The notes under the pieces: model-generated
What the model saw: the letters and a program-made list of their open reading frames with translations, nothing else
The model's database searches: none
What the model was told of the DNA's origin: nothing
Shown: positions 1 through 15,045 of the stretch, piece by piece
How positions within the stretch are numbered: the first letter of the stretch is position 1
Layout: each line of letters starts with the position of its first letter
Assembly: GCA_026023565.1 (NCBI GenBank)
Contig: JAPETS010000011.1
Location: forward strand, 496,001-560,000
Direction of reading: 5' to 3'
DNA length: 64,000 bases
From: Cirrosporium novae-zelandiae
Taxonomy: Eukaryota
Translations under genes and position numbers: made by a program

Positions 1-1200
1 CTAGTATTTAGGTATTCCTTCCAAAGTTCCAGCAAAGATCCTATGAAGGATTGAGGGCTCGATCTAGAGGTTGTATATTTCAGTATCCCCTCCACACCCT
101 CTCCGAAACAACATGCTGAATTGATGCCAGCAGGGTGCGAGTAATATAAATAATAACTACACCACCATCACTACCATCATCACCACCGTCATCATCATTA
201 CCAAATCCCCAGGAACTGTAGGAGGTTATGCAGCAAGACGGTTGTGTATATAGTAGGTAATAATGTTAATTAATATAAACTGTCAGTGTCATGAATCATT
301 GTTATGGAATTACCTAGTTTGAACTGTTTGACTAGTTTGTTTAGAACGCAGGCCTTGTCGCGGGATATATAACCAGTACTTCTAGAACTACCTAGGTACC
401 TAGGTACTCAGTGGAAATCTTCATCCTTTTTATAACTGACCACGTTGCTCATAACAATGACCATTTTCCCAATAATCATTCGGAGGAGAAGGTGAAAAAG
501 AGATAGACAAAGAAAGGAGCAATGCCAGTTTTAAGGAAGAGCTACAATGAAGGAACAGAATGAGGGGTTGTTTGCGAGAAGAATGAATATAATAGATCAA
601 ACTATTATCAATTCACAACATTCTATGTTGGAAGAAATTAGCGCTGAGATTTGTAAGCCATATTTGGTTTAGCGAATTTGCAATCCCTGGCGGCATCGCG
701 TCCTCTATAACCTTACCGAGACATCAATAAGAAGGTCATCTAAGTAACATTACTCGATATTATGTATTATATATACTTACCCATTTAATGAATCATAAAT
801 CCTATATAGGTAATACGAATCTGGAACTTTTTGGTTGTGATAGCTGAAATGCGACCTCATCGATGCACTACTGTTTCCATTTTCAATAGTCTACTGCATG
901 CAAATGTTAAGCTTACCGCAAGACCAAAAAAAAACGTGGAATATTATAGACAGCTTTACATGATATTGATCCTAACAAATTCTCTTCGATTTCATATTTA
1001 CTTGTCCCAACTAAATAACCCTACTCTTGGCGCTCCACAGCCACATCAATAGAACATTCCGGCAGAAGCACACCGCCGAGCAAAGTCAACTTACTTAACT
1101 CCATCCCCACCTCCCAAAATCACAATGTCACGTTCACCAAACATTTATTTCTCTACACTATTATCCCTAAGCCAAATATAAACCAACTTCTTCAGCCCTT

Positions 1201-1810
1201 ATGGATACTCCTCACATCGCGATGCCAGACCCAGACCCCGCGAGCCCAGATTCTTACAAGCGAGAATCTGCTGCTACAGTTGAGGAAGAAGAGGGAGAAA
1301 TCACTCCATCAGCTCTAGAATACACGGCACCGAAAGAAGGTGTGTGGGGGGGAGACAGCAGCGTGGACGCTGGAACAAGGCCCCAAGAGATCAAAGAAGC
1401 TGCCCAACAGGTCTTGAGTATGCACTTATATCCCTCCCCTCTCCCTCATCCCATCTTATCCCATCCCATCCCAAAACTAATACTAGCAAAACAGAAAAGC
1501 ACGTCTCAGACATAAAATTCAAAATGATGACTACACTCATCATCGGTACGTCTTACCTATCCATCCATATACTAACCTAATAATAATCCTTGTTTGTGTA
1601 TACATGCATGCATGCTTACTGAGCTACTAAGCTAATATAATATTCTCCTACCTCGAAACAGATAAAATCAACAAGACAGACGAGACAAATTTGTCAGAAT
1701 GGGCAAATATTAAAATGGAGATTTGGATGCTGGATACTTTGATTGATATGGCCAATCGGAGACAGGATTTTCATGTCGATATGAGGGAAAGGTGTACCTG
1801 GATGGAATAA
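1201..1810 (+). CDS. Hypothetical protein, probably 3 exons
   Basis: ATG at 1201. GT..AG introns at ~1418-1494 and ~1546-1661 give a continuous frame ending ...DMRERCTWME-TAA (1808-1810). No family recognised. Confidence 0.45.
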
Positions 1811-2536
1811 GTAGTCGTAGGGATGGGATCTCTATGGTGGTGGCATATAGTTTTTTTTTTTTTGGTTCAAAGCATGTGTGTTTATGAACTTGGATTCTTT
1901 TAAGAGATGAAACATTGGATATTTTCTCTGTGTGTACAATAATAAAAAATTAAGCCCCATCACCATAGAATCCCAATACAAAGAATACAAAAAAAAGCAA
2001 CATCACAATAATAAAAAATCCCACTATCAATTAAAAACAAACCATTGCGTTGCACTAGACAACCCTAAACCCTAAAAAAAAAGTATCCCTCAGTACCTAG
2101 GGTTCATCTATAAATAGTTAAAGTAAACTACTATTACTCCTACTACTACTACTACTACTACTACTCCAACCAAAGAAAAATATCTCAAAATATAAAGGCA
2201 AGTAGGCAAGACATAGTAGTCCTTCTTTCAGGGTGGACATTCATTTCACCTCCCTTTATTTCACCTCATCTTACCCCTTACCCCTTACCCTCCCTCCACC
2301 AACATCTGTATCTGCATATCCACTCACTCGCTCACTCACTCACTGCGACTTTGTGCGTGGCCGCCGAGCTGCCGCCGAGATCAAAAGTGGTGAATTTGAC
2401 ACTTTGACACACTTATTCACTCATTCCTTCCGTTCTTCATTCTTTTATCAACCCAAAAAATATCAACACCAACCCCCTTTCAAACCTCAATATCCCAACC
2501 ACACATCCATAACACAAGACAAGCATATTATCCAAA

Positions 2537-3324
2537 ATGTCCACCCCCTTCAAACTCACTCTCCTCAAACCCAAAAACCCCCCTCACTCAACCTCCTCAG
2601 ATCAAGATCTCTCAGATTCTTCAGACTCCTCCACCTCAGGCGGAGTGAAATTACCAGAAGGGGTTTTGAAGAAAATGAAAATTAAACCACCATCATCTCC
2701 TCCTCCTGCTAGTGAGAAAGGTTCGGAGGGTATGGAGAGTATGGAGGAAGGGTCAGAAGGGTCGGAAGGGTCAGAAGGGTCGGAAGGGTCAGAAGGGTCA
2801 GAAGGGTCAGAAGGGTCAGAAGAGTCAGAAGAGTCAGAATGGGAACATGCAGAATGGGAAAGGGAAGCGGATCTGGAAGCAGAAGAGAAACAGGAAAGGG
2901 GACGGGGACGGGAACGGAGAAAGAATAAATATAAATACAAAGTGGGAGATCCGATAGATCCGAGGGTGATTCGGGAGTGGTTCGAGGAAATTCTAGGTAA
3001 GGGGTGTTATTCTCTACTGCTGCAGCTATGTAAGATCTTCAAGAACTAACCCTATTATCTATTATCTATCTATTAGAAAACCCCATATCCCCACACATGC
3101 ATCTAACAGCTCTAAACATCGGAGGTAATGTTATCCCTTCCTATCCCCCTTTCCCCCTTCCTTGGGCGGGCGGGTGGTGTTCGTTCCCCTTGAGTGTTTG
3201 TTCTCCCAAGTCATTAACATTATGCACAGAAAGAATCCGAAATACACCTAGCGAGAATCTAAGAGAGTGGGATTTGCTTAGGGAGGAGGTTTCGAGACTT
3301 AGCAAATTTTGTGAGGGAGGGTAG
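2537..3324 (+). CDS. Hypothetical low-complexity protein with (EGS)n repeat, 2 exons
   Basis: ORF 2537-3049 joins ORF 3097-3324 in frame through a GTAAGG..TTAG intron (~2997-3076). The N-terminal half is acidic and Ser-rich. Confidence 0.5.
2746..2838 (+). repeat. 9-bp coding minisatellite (GAAGGGTCA/G), ~10 units, encoding EGS/EES
   Basis: Directly visible tandem units. Confidence 0.9.
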
Positions 3325-3965
3325 TTGGGGGGCTTAGGGGAGGGGGAAGTGATGGGGATGCGGTATTGCCTTGGGGTTCTAAGGGGCCAGGGGGTTGGAT
3401 AGGTATGGGGGGGGTTACTGTTGAGCTTGGGTGGTGATGATATCTGACAGGTTTGGAAGGTATGGCATTGCCTTGGGCGATAGCGAGCGAAATGAGAGTG
3501 AGAGTGATTGCAATGAACAAACACATCACATCACATCACATCGCATCCCATGAACATGAACTAGATACCTAGATAGATTATAGTCGTGGTCGTGATGGAA
3601 ATTTCAAACAAGGGCCATTACATACATACAACTCTAAAATTTACCCTTCTTTCATGGATGGGGGTGAGGGGGGTGTTGAATGGGCATGGCATGGCATGGC
3701 ATGGCATTATTCATCTTAAAGATTCCTACCTACACATATAGTAATCCATACATACATGATATAACTTAGTTAGAAAAAGGGAAAAAGGAAAGAAGTTCTT
3801 GATACGCTCAGTCGTTCGGTCGCTTAGAATAAATATAGCACGGCAGCATAATTAAAAGTAAATTCAAGAAACATTAAAAAAAAGGGGAAATTATAAAATT
3901 GACTAGCTGACGCTTACTTGCTTGCTTGGTCCCAACTAATCTTATCTTATCTTTTTTCTTTTTTT

Positions 3966-5711
3966 TTATCCTGCAAATGTTGTTGCCATCATCATCTTCT
4001 TAGTTGTAAATGTTGTGTAAAAATCATGCTGTTTCACAAACCAGGCGTTGTGTAATTTCCATTCCTTTTCGGGATTGAGGAGGTGGATCTGTGTTTGTTT
4101 CGAATAAGAACAAGAAACAAGAACAAAGAACAAGGGGATATGGGGGTGCTATGAATGCTTACATCAAATCGTCGCAGAAAGCTCGGTACAAGTTTATAAA
4201 TTTCAAGCAAGCTAATGTTTTTTCCAATGCATGTTCTTGCGCCCATGCCGAATTGAAACATGGTTCCATTCATTTCTTTCAGGCACTTTTCGTCTGCTTC
4301 GAGCCAGCGCTCAGGACGGTAGATGTCGGCATCTATTCCGAATATTTCGGGGCGGTGATGAATTATCCAGGCACTACATCCGACGATGGTTCCGCCGGCG
4401 ATGTGTTCGCCGCAGATGGTTGTCCCTTGTGGAGGTGTGACGCGCTCGAGGGGGAGGCCGGCAGCAGGGTGCATGCGAAATGCCTCTTTGATGCAGGCGT
4501 CGAGGTAGGGTAGCTTTTGAGACTCGGCCCAGGTGATCAGTCCATTCGGGCGGTCTTCTATCTTTCCATCCTCGACTGCGGTGGCAATCTCTTGCTGGAG
4601 CTTCTGGTAGCATCGTGGGTTTTTGAGCAGGTAGTAAAACACCGAAGATAAGCTGATTGCTGTTGTATCGGACCCTGCGAACGCCATAGAGACGGCCAGG
4701 GTTAGAACTCGGGGGTCCGTCATAAAGTCTGGATGATCCTTCTGCGCTTTGAGGAACATGGATAGCAGATCGCTTCGTTGCTTGCCTTCAATTTCTTTGG
4801 TTTCGGTAAGACGTTCTCGCATCCGTGCTTGGGCAAATTTAACGACCGGGAATGTAGAATTCAAGATGCCAAGCCTGTCAAGAAGCTGAAGGATTGGATT
4901 CTTAATGAACACTAGATCAAGCCATGGCATTTGACCAATCTGGGAAATGGTTAAACGATCCGAACACTAGTAAAATTAAGAATACGTACTGGAGCGGAAT
5001 AGCTAAAGACACCAGCAAGATAATTCACCATTCCCTCCACATCTTCTACACTATCAATGAAGCCATGCCTTTTGCTATATGTTATCTGTCCAATAACATC
5101 AAATGCATAGAATTGTAGCCACTGTGTAAAGTTACAGGGGGCTGATTTAGAAGCAAAAACCTCTTCGGTCTGGTCCAAAAACACTTCAGTAGTTGTATCA
5201 ACAAAGGGCTCGTATTGAATCAAAGAACTCATAGAAAAGGCATTGTTGACACAACGTCGTAAGGATGCATGAAACTGTTCGTCCGTGGTTGAGAAAAGGG
5301 ATGGAAGCCGACGGCCTTTTGATACGGACATTTGCACAGGATAGAACCCCGACTTTGCTCAAGTTAGCTTCAGCTCTATAGAAGAGGTAGTCCAGTAAAA
5401 GGACGTGCCTTGATAAAGCCCTTGTTAAGTCCATAAATATCTTTCAATGCCTTGGGGTTTGCAAAGGAGAGGGCGTTTGGTCCTAGTCGTACAATATCAC
5501 CATGTTTTCGATGGAGGTTGGTATGGGTAATGTCCGGTCTCCTCCTCCACACGTCAACAAAACGCCAGATGTTAGTTAAAGAGGCAAGGACCGGGCCAGG
5601 GTACTTGTTAAGACCATGGTTGAAGTAGTTACTGATAAGATACCCGATGGTAGCAGCGAAAAAGCAGAGGACTGGATGCCCCGAAAGTATAGAAAAGAGA
5701 GACTCTATCAT
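3966..5711 (-). CDS. Cytochrome P450 (pisatin demethylase/CYP57-like clan), multi-exon
   Basis: N-terminal TM followed by YPGP, I-helix AGSDTT, ExxR (EAFR), PERW and heme motif FGMGARTCIG. The last exon ...KLHNAWFVKQHDF... ends at TAA 3966-3968. Confidence 0.93.
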
Positions 5712-7479
5712 ATTTAACAAAGATATGATAATTTAATGCCAAGTCTTCACAAGTCAAAAAATAGGTATTGAAATTGTCTAATGAAATAAGAAAATTTGAC
5801 GACGGAACCTGAGAGAATAAGTAAACTACCGTGGAGGGAACTTTGAAGGAATACAGAGACACCTCGGCCTTCTCTTTAGATCAACATACAGTTCCTCCGG
5901 CAGTTGTGCTGAAATATAATTTGTAAACAAATACAGATGACCCTTATGCAGATGTGGAGACAATTTGAAATGGAATTAACTTATTGGAAAGATGAGACAT
6001 GCTTCTGCAAATATCCGACTAAGCCTTCGATATTGCTTTCTGCGTCATCGAGGTAAGAATGTTCGAAGAAGTTAATATCAAACTGCATTCGAGTGGACAA
6101 GATTGTAGTTGATATGCCGGACTGTGTGGAGACGGTTCATCTGTGGAGCGAATGCGGGGTGTAGGGTTGAACTGGACGAGATCCTTGTCTGTTTTTCTTT
6201 ATCGGCAAAGCGGGATCGAGCAGAAAATTGAGAGTTAACGGCAGTTGTTAACATTTCAGATGCCGGACTTGGCCTTGAATAATCTCATCATGTGTTAATA
6301 GTAACTGCATCGAACCAAATTGATATGGGCGATGCAGTTGCGGCGTCCTTGAGTTCGGGTTCATGGGTCTTGATATGTTCTTCGGTCGGGAAGGGCGGCT
6401 GAACCATCATCAAGAGTGAAACGTAACGTGCATTGCGAAACAATGGCATTTAATTCCTCAGTATAATATCCTGCATGCTTCCCGCTCGATCGGAGATGAA
6501 ATTACGAGGAAGACGGGTCAACCATATCGTCTTGGAGGACACTGATTCAACGTCATTGAAATGTGAAATGGTTGATTCGGCATCATACCAGAATCATGGA
6601 ATTTGACTGGAGTTTATCCTATCATGTTCAGCCTAACGTCCAATCAACACACCCCAAGACAGTCCAGGAGAAGATGGGATTCAACCTGAATTAATAGCTT
6701 GTTCGTGCAGCAGAGTCGAGTTGGACATTAGCGATGTTGCTGCAACTGATATCACCACACAAATTCTTCACCTAATGCAGAATAGCCATCTATGCTGAGA
6801 CATGTACTCATAAAATCACGAAAGGGGTAGAAGAATGAAAAGAAGGTGAAGAAACAGATGATGATGATGATGATAATCAATAGGACGATCAGCAATCAGA
6901 GGGAGGGCCAAACCCTAAGCGGCAACCGAGAGCAAGAAAAAAAAAAAGAAGAAGGGATCAACTAATTAATGAAGAAGATTCAAAAACCATATCGATAATA
7001 TTCCATCAACCTCTTCTTTTTTTTCTCTTCTTCTCCTCTTCTCTTCTTCTTTTAATTATTATTTTTCTTGGTTCAAATTGTTGATGTTCTTTAAAGGAAT
7101 CAATCAACAACAATAAACGGACGGACAAAAGTTTAAGGGGGACACTGAAGAGCCAACTAGAGCCCAAAATAGCTTAGCGGACACCCACCGCCTCGGACGT
7201 CATTCCACTCCCAGACGAGTGATGGACCGATGGTTCATGGGCAAATCCCAAATCACACCAGACGCCTAGAGAGCATTGTTCTGTTGTCCTTCATGTTCCA
7301 CCAGACGTTTCTTCTGCTAAAAAGTAAACCAGCATCACAATCTCCCAACCTTCATCTATAATCTCCCCCACCACATCACATACGTGGCGTGCTAAACACA
7401 CCCCTTGAGTCAATCCACTTTCCAAATCAAATAATGTGCATTTGAGTCGACCCCATAGCATAAGTATATACAAGCAGCC

Positions 7480-8833
7480 ATGGCACCGAAGAACAAGAGA
7501 GGTCGTTCAAATGGCAGCATCTCTATTTCACCGCCAGATCCAAACAAAGAGAGAAGGGACTCCAATATTCCAAAGACTCCCAAGTTTGTAAGAGAGTCTC
7601 CTCCATCGTCACCCATCATGGATACTCCACCAGCAGACGGAATAGATGATCTGTCCGAACCTTCATCGCCGTCCCCGCCGACCCCGCCGCCGCCATCGGA
7701 ACCGGAACCAAGACCTAGGACTCCCGCTACATCCTCTGCTTCAAGAATTCCTACATCTCCTACATCTCCTACATCTCCTATCGCAACTGCATCGGCGGCT
7801 CTCATACAGGCGCGTCAAAAATTTTCAGAGGTCTGGCCAAAGAAATGGCCCGCGCATCCTTTCGTCCCCACTCCTATCGAGTCCCCACTCATTGCCATCC
7901 CGCCGCTAGTCCTCCTCACCGGCCTCGTCTTCTCCCTCGTCCATCCTGCGCCGTCATACTTTTCCAAGAAATCTAATATCTTCAATGTCTTATTCGTGAA
8001 GCTCCTTTGGTTCTGGACAACGATAGCCTTCTTCATCTTCCTGTTGATGTCTCCTCTGTTCAGATCTCATGGAGGAATATTCTCGCCTCGTCGGTTATCT
8101 GCACTAGCTAGATATGGGATCTTCACATGTTCCTGGTTCCTGACCACTCAATGGTTCTTTGGAGCACCATTGATTGACCGCTCGTTCACATTCACCGGTG
8201 GCTCTTGCGCCCTTCCAAAGGCCAAGCTCACCGCCGCACTCGCAAAGAACCAAAGTGAAACCATTGCTCCGGCCACCTCGGCCTCGGCATGTCGCTCACG
8301 TGGTGGACACTGGGAAGGCGGTCACGATATCTCAGGCCATGTATTCCTCCTTGTCATTGCGAGCACGTTCCTCGCCATGGAAATGCTTCCCGTATTCACC
8401 CGGCTACTTCTTACATTCCCAACCTCGAAGAAGTCGCGAGAAATGAAAGCAAAAACGTCGGATGATGAAGAGGACGAATCGAGCTCCGACGAAGAAGATG
8501 AGGAGGAAAGGAGAGCCAAACGGATGTACCTGCTAAAGGGAACTGGTGCCGCCAGTATGGTTGTATTTGGTAGTTGGTGGATGCTCCTGATGACGGCAAT
8601 TTACTTTCATACGTGGTTTGAAAAGGTTAGCCAATGCTCCCCTTTTTACTTTCTATCTTGGCCTTTTTGTTCTACATTTAGTTGTAATTGTGTATATACA
8701 CACATTACTAACACAACACCAGATAACCGGCTTCATCCTCTCCTCTACTATCCTCTTCGCAGTCTACTTCGCTCCCCGTCTCCCGCAGGTACCGCCACAA
8801 GTGCGCGCCATAATTGGTTCGCCAGGTCAATAG
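7480..8833 (+). CDS. scs3: FIT family (Scs3-like) ER acyl-CoA diphosphatase / fat storage-inducing transmembrane protein
   Basis: Motifs NIFNVLFVK, TQWFFGAPLIDR, GHDISGHVF and TAIYFHTWFEK. An intron at ~8626-8722 precedes a terminal exon ITGFIL...GSPGQ-TAG. Confidence 0.9.
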
Positions 8834-10569
8834 GTTATCCCAACTTAAAGGGTCCCCGTCATGTCATATTGAAGGCCTGCAGTGTAGGCATGGAAGACAC
8901 AAGCGAGCAGACAGGTAGAAAGACAGAGAGGCAGGCAGGGAAGCAGGGAAGCAAGCGAGGAGGATTTAAACATTCCATGCTTAGAGCTCTTCGCTCACAG
9001 AAATGAGGAAATCTTTTTTTGTGATTCGACACAGGAGAAGAAAGGACGGGGATGAGATGAGATGAAACGAAGACGAGAGATGAGATGAGCATGAAGATGA
9101 GAACGCAGCTTATGAATATGAATACCAGAGAAAGAAATGTTACTTACCTTACCCCCCATCCCATACCCCACACATGTCCCATATCCCATAATTATTCATG
9201 TGATTTGTCATTTTCCACAAATGTTAATATTAATATGTAGATGTGCGATTAGATTGAATGATTTTATTTTCTTGCATGTTTCATTGCTCGTTACGTCGAT
9301 TTGATGATAGGGACACCTATTACTTCAACTACCATCAACCACCACTAATATTTACTTATTCTTCTTCATTTCTTGTTTGATGGAGACGGAGATCGAGATC
9401 GATAAGGGAATATAGGGACACCTAACTACCTATTACCTTGCTACCTTTACTATCTACTCCTACCACCACCATCACCATTAATATATTAACAATATTTACT
9501 TACCTAGGCACTTACTTACCTTATTACCACCACCCCCACCACTCCTACAACCATTACCCCCACTACTCCATCCCCATTACAACTACTACAACTTCCCCAC
9601 AAACCCCCCCCTTTTTTTTTCTCATCCCCATCCCCATCCCCATCCCACCCACCTCCCAAACCCAAAAACCTCATATCCAGTATCTATTTCAGATATAAAT
9701 GTTACTTTTACCTATTACCTATTACCTATTACCTATTACCTATTACCTAGGTAGTTTTAGTTTAGTTTTAATAGTAGTTTTAATAGTAGTAGAACCCCTC
9801 CCTCCCTCCTTCCCTCCCTCCTTATTCCCCCATCCCCTTTCCCCCTCTATCCCTCCTCCTCCACCTTCTAGCCCTGCTAGCCCTACATAGTACATATATA
9901 TATCCATAATATCCATCCATAATAAATATAAATATAAATATAAACACCTTACGATCCCTTTCATTTCTCTTTCACTTTCTCCTTCTCATTCTCTTTCTTT
10001 TATCTTTCCGAAAAATGGAAAAAATAGGGGGGGGGGGGGGGGTATTGAAATTTCTGCAATTGCAACTTTTTTACACAAGGAAAGACGGGACAGGACAGTA
10101 TGGATAGGATAGGATAGGATAGGATAGGATATAAACTCAATCCCCCCCCCCCTTATGTTATGGCCCCTCTCCACCTCTCTACCCCTTTAGCATACCAGTC
10201 AGTTGGTCAGTTAAGTGGTATATATGGATTGGATGTATTACTATTCGTTTCTTTTCTCTTAACAACTTTCCACGGAGGGGGGGGGATCCAAAAAAAGGGC
10301 CATCTCATCACCTCCCCGCAACTGCAACCAGACAGACAGGACATAACTAACCCCCCCTTTCCCTCCCCTCCCTCCCTTTCCCTCTCTGCGGTGGCTGATA
10401 CTCACTCCAAAAAAAAGCCACAGGAGTGATGATATAATAATTATGGATCCCCCAACAATCAACAAGAAAATATCATCTCTTTGGAAATAGTTTCTTTCAA
10501 TCACCAACCAACCAACCCACCCGGTAGTTGGGTTCCCAATCATCTCCCCTCGATAAAAAAAATCCATTA

Positions 10570-11451
10570 CTAACAAGCACATCCTTCCTTTGCACCAGCA
10601 CCCGCTCTCTCTGCCAAATTTACCCGAGACTGTTCCTGGTCTGCCCCCCTAGCTGTTCCTGTCGTCCTGGGACCCTTTAGACTGGTCTCGGGAATCGCAT
10701 TGGCAATCGCCGTGAATACTTCTGTTACCATGGTCCCCGTCTTCGCTGACGTCTCAAAGAACAACAGACCCTCTTCCTCTGCATAGTCCTTGGCTTCCCG
10801 GGTGGATATTTTGCGTGCGTCATTGATGTCCGCTTCCATCTCTCCCCCCTCCTCGCTTGTTGGTACCTCGGCTGCACCACCCACGCCACCATCCACGCTC
10901 GGATTTGTTAAATCTAATTTATTTCCTACGAGTGCGATGACAATTCCGGGACTAGCCTGGCGTTGTAATTCGGCGACCCAGTGTTTCGCTTTTGTGAGGG
11001 AAGATGGCTTGGTTAGGTCGTAGACGACTAGGGCGGCCTGGGCATTTCGGTAGTACATTGGTGCGAGTGAGGCGAAACGTTCTTGACCGGCGGTATCCCA
11101 GATTTCGAATTTTATTGTTCGAGTTGGGAGGGAGCATTTTTGCGTCAGGAATGCGGCTAGGAGGGTTATTAGCTAGGCCTTGAGGAGGGGTAGTACAATG
11201 GTTTCGCTAAAGAAGATATCTACGTGTAGACTATAGAGAGAGAAAATACATACCACCAATGGTTGGTTCTTTGTTCTCTTGGAAATCATTATTGACGAAT
11301 CGTAATACCAGCGACGACTATTTACGGAAGTTAGCTATGCCAGGAACTGCAGAGGCTGAATAGACTGTACTTTTCCCACAGCAGCTTCACCTAGCAAAAC
11401 AAGCTTTACGCTGCTTGTCGGCTTTGGCGCCGATGCTGTCGAGTCCGCCAT
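10570..11451 (-). CDS. vps21: Rab5-family GTPase (Vps21/Ypt51-like), multi-exon
   Basis: [41 protein letters not shown] and C-terminal CAC prenylation motif. Confidence 0.93.
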
Positions 11452-14400
11452 CCTGGAATACCGGAATGACTTTAGCCTGTGATTATTGAATCGGTAACTT
11501 GATGCCTGGGTTTCAGGACGAGGATAAGTTTTGTAGATCAACGATGATTCAAGAGACGTTAAGCTAAACAATAAAAGTGTCTAGCGAAAATATCTAGATG
11601 CGACGTATTGGCTCTGACCCCGATAGAGAGAAGCGTAATTAGAGAGTTGGAGATGATGGGTCGAGTTAGATGGAGAATGGATGTCTGAGGGACCGCCAAG
11701 AACAGCAGCTACTGACTGACTACCAAGTAAAGGCCGTGACGACAGCCCATCCGATGGCCGGATCCGGATAAACTACACGTCCGGGTCAATTATGTCGGCC
11801 GCCTTAGGCCTCAAGCTTTTGCAATCCTTTCAAGGCATCAATGACTCCAGATGAACTCCTATTGATAATTACTTGGGTATTTACCTAGGTAGGCAACACA
11901 TAATTTCGAATATAATAGGCTAGCCATCACTCTCAAAAATATGACACGGCTGAAAATTGAGACTCCCGAAGCTCTCCACCAAAGCTCGTCTCCACCATCC
12001 CCTCGGCTGTAGTGTACAACTGCACAACATTTTACCAACCTAATAGTCTCATATGAGGTACATGAATGTACATCGTTATTCAAAGTAGAGACGCATGGTC
12101 ATCTGTTGATAAGGTAAAGGCATCAACGCCACGATGGAATCAACCTTATTGCGTTTTCAATCTAAGCCACGACAACCTCAATTTACACCATGTACATGTC
12201 CAAGAGAGTGAGTTAGTGAGGCGTAACACGCTGGTAGTGGCAAGGGTGGCGGGATCAAAGCCGACGAGCCTCACGTCGCACAAGATCATGGAGATAGGAG
12301 ACTAGCAAGATAATACGCCGTCAAGATTTAGGTTTTTCTAGAGTCATTCTCGAAGATCAGATATTAGTGGAGACCAGATACACAACAGATATGAGACGGT
12401 GGGTTCAAAGTAAATGTTATTAGGTCATCGATAAAAAAATCAATCTCTATTAAATATATCCCAAGCCCTGGAGCAGGTGTTTACCAGCCCTTTGGACATT
12501 AACAGAGCTTTTTGTCCCGCAAGCACGCCTGCCCCGTCCCAAGTATTAGTTAAAAGGTATCCCCGCCGTCTAGGTTTAACCATTGCACCCGATCCATGGG
12601 TATCTCGAAAGCCCAGATCAGGTACTTTTGTTGCTTTTCTTTTCCCAAGCCGGCCCTTTCCAACAAAAAAAAATTGCAACAGTATTGTACATGATCCCAA
12701 ACCAGTGACTGCGAAGTCGAAGAATCTATTCTGTGTGGTATCTTTCCTTGCCCATGCCCATAATGTCCCGCACCCCAGTCTAATTTAGAACGCCGGAACC
12801 AACTTTTTGTTCGAGAACATCGAAAAGATGAGGGAGAGGAAAGAGAATCGTTGCCGTTGCCGCGGTCTGAAACACCAAACCGGTTGAGGATGCGAAAATT
12901 TTCAAATAAATCGCTCAAAGCATTGCTGGGTATCGCTCGCGAGGAAAGTCGATGAATGATGTTGTTGATGATACACTTTTCGTGAGGTGGATTAAAACCG
13001 ATAGTGGAAATGAGGAATTCATAGATGAAACGAAGGCGTGTAGAATTTTGCGGGAATATGTGGATGAATGTGCGAGTCTGAAATCATCTTCGTTAGCGGA
13101 GCCACTCGTAGAGCAGATGAAATGGATCGAGGCAACAATGCAGGGAGCCGGATCGGCACTGCAGCCCAAAGGCAAGACTTACGAATTAACAACGAGTTCC
13201 TCATCCCTTGACACGATCATTAGTTGAGGGATCGTGCAAGGTCATTTAATCGGAACAACATTCAATGTGTAGTTTCACTTTTCTCCCGGTTTTCCCAGGG
13301 AGCTTTCAAAATCCAAAAGGCAGATTGGGGGGGGGGAAAAAAAGATGACAAGGTTATTGGATGGGGTTCGACGATTGGAGCTCCGTCGCAAAGGTAGAAA
13401 GGTTGTCATCTCTTTGGTGGCTTAGGCTTGGGGACCCCGGTTGTATCATATGCGCCTCGGCCCATATTTGAGGTAGCGACTTCGGTGGTTCTGTCAATCA
13501 TGGTCGTGGTGTCTAGCTTATCCATGGCACGTCAGAAAGTTTGTCGAATGCAGATGGGATGACAATTAAACCACGGGGATGGCAACAGGTATATATAGCT
13601 CAAGATATCATGTAGCTGACTCACCTAGAAGACTAGAAATTGATTTGGAGGTGCTACCTGGCGTAGATTACTGACAATATCGAAACCCGATTTGTCGTGG
13701 CACGCAGCTAAAATAAAGCTGGAAAGAGAAAGTTGCAGCTGCAAATGGCTAAGGTGGAATGCCCTTTTAGGTGAATCGATGGAATGCTAAACTGCAAGAC
13801 GGGTCCCTGGACAGCTGGGAAAAGCAATTTCTTTTCAAGGATTTGTTGGGGGGGGGTTTGGGTTGTATTCGGACTTGTCGTAGGTGTTTTGGTGTTGCGA
13901 CAGGTCGTTTTCTTTTTTATTCGTGTTATATATTTTGCTGCGCCCTAAGCTGCGCCTGACAACCAAACTATTTGTGCGACAAAGGTGGAAATACGATAAT
14001 TGATTTGAGGATATTGAATCCAAGGTTGATAGAGTTTGGTCAGGATTTATTGGAGTTGTTTTCTTTTTTTCTTCCCAGAGGATACAATCCAGGTTCAGAG
14101 GGAGGTGTGTGAGTTAGGGAAGGGTCAATTATTAAATAAAGCTTTAAATGCTGTACTATAAAAGTCAGGATAGGATGATAGGACAGGATTGAGATTTGGA
14201 TTGGGGGGGTGGATGGGAATTGAGATGGGTGACAGGTGTTCGTCTTTAAACAAAAAAAGCGACGGGAGCCGACGGGAATGATTTTATTTTAAAAGTAGAC
14301 CAGACAGTCATTCAAGAAGGACCCCCTTTCCTTGTCCAGTGGGCGGGTGTGTATGGTGGTCATTACGGTCATTACGGGTAGAGAGTAGTAAGAGTAGGAT

Positions 14401-14939
14401 GAAGATTTCCAGTTCCAGTTCCAGTTCTCTAAAGTTCCTAGCTTTCTAGCTTTCTAGCTTTCTACTGTAGCTTTCTAGCTTCTCCGCTGCTTTCCAAGTT
14501 TACGAGCTAAACAAGTTCCCTAATCCCTCCTTTCCCTGGTCAATCAGTTCAGAAGGTAATGTAATGTTCCACAACCGAGACAAGAGCCTACGCCAGTCCG
14601 GTAGACTAATTAACATCTGGGGAGCTCCCAGAAAACTTAAGACCCAAGGAAACTAACCAGGGTAGAGGGTCTAGGGTCTAGGGATGGATATGGGTGTAAG
14701 TTAAGGGGAGGGATATGAGAAAGTCAAAGTAGCTAATTAATTAGTGGACAAAGAATGGGAAAAGGAAGAAAAAAAAGAAAAAAAAAAGAAAAGCGCCTTA
14801 ACCTTGGAAGCCTTGGAAGCCCTGGAAGCCCTGGAAGCCTTGGTGTAGGGGTCAGTTCAGGTACATGTACCTTTGCTTTTTTAGCTCTTTGCTTTGGGTA
14901 GCCAACCCACAGCCAGCCAGCCAGACACCTAACCTAGGC

Positions 14940-15045
14940 ACATACACATACACTCATACACTACACACTACACACTACACACATACTACACACACACTAC
15001 ACACACACTACACACACACTACATAGCTACAACAACTATACACTA
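14940..15045. repeat. Compound (CA)n/CTACACA microsatellite
   Basis: Directly visible low-complexity tract. Confidence 0.85.

Noticed and set aside
2061..2075. Telomere-like AACCCTAAACCCTAA (also TAGGGTTAGGG near 44567)
   Set aside because: Only about two imperfect units, expected by chance in low-complexity DNA.
8626..9006. C-terminal extension of the 508-aa FIT ORF
   Set aside because: Read-through of an intron. The spliced form ends at 8833 with a family-like terminal TM helix.
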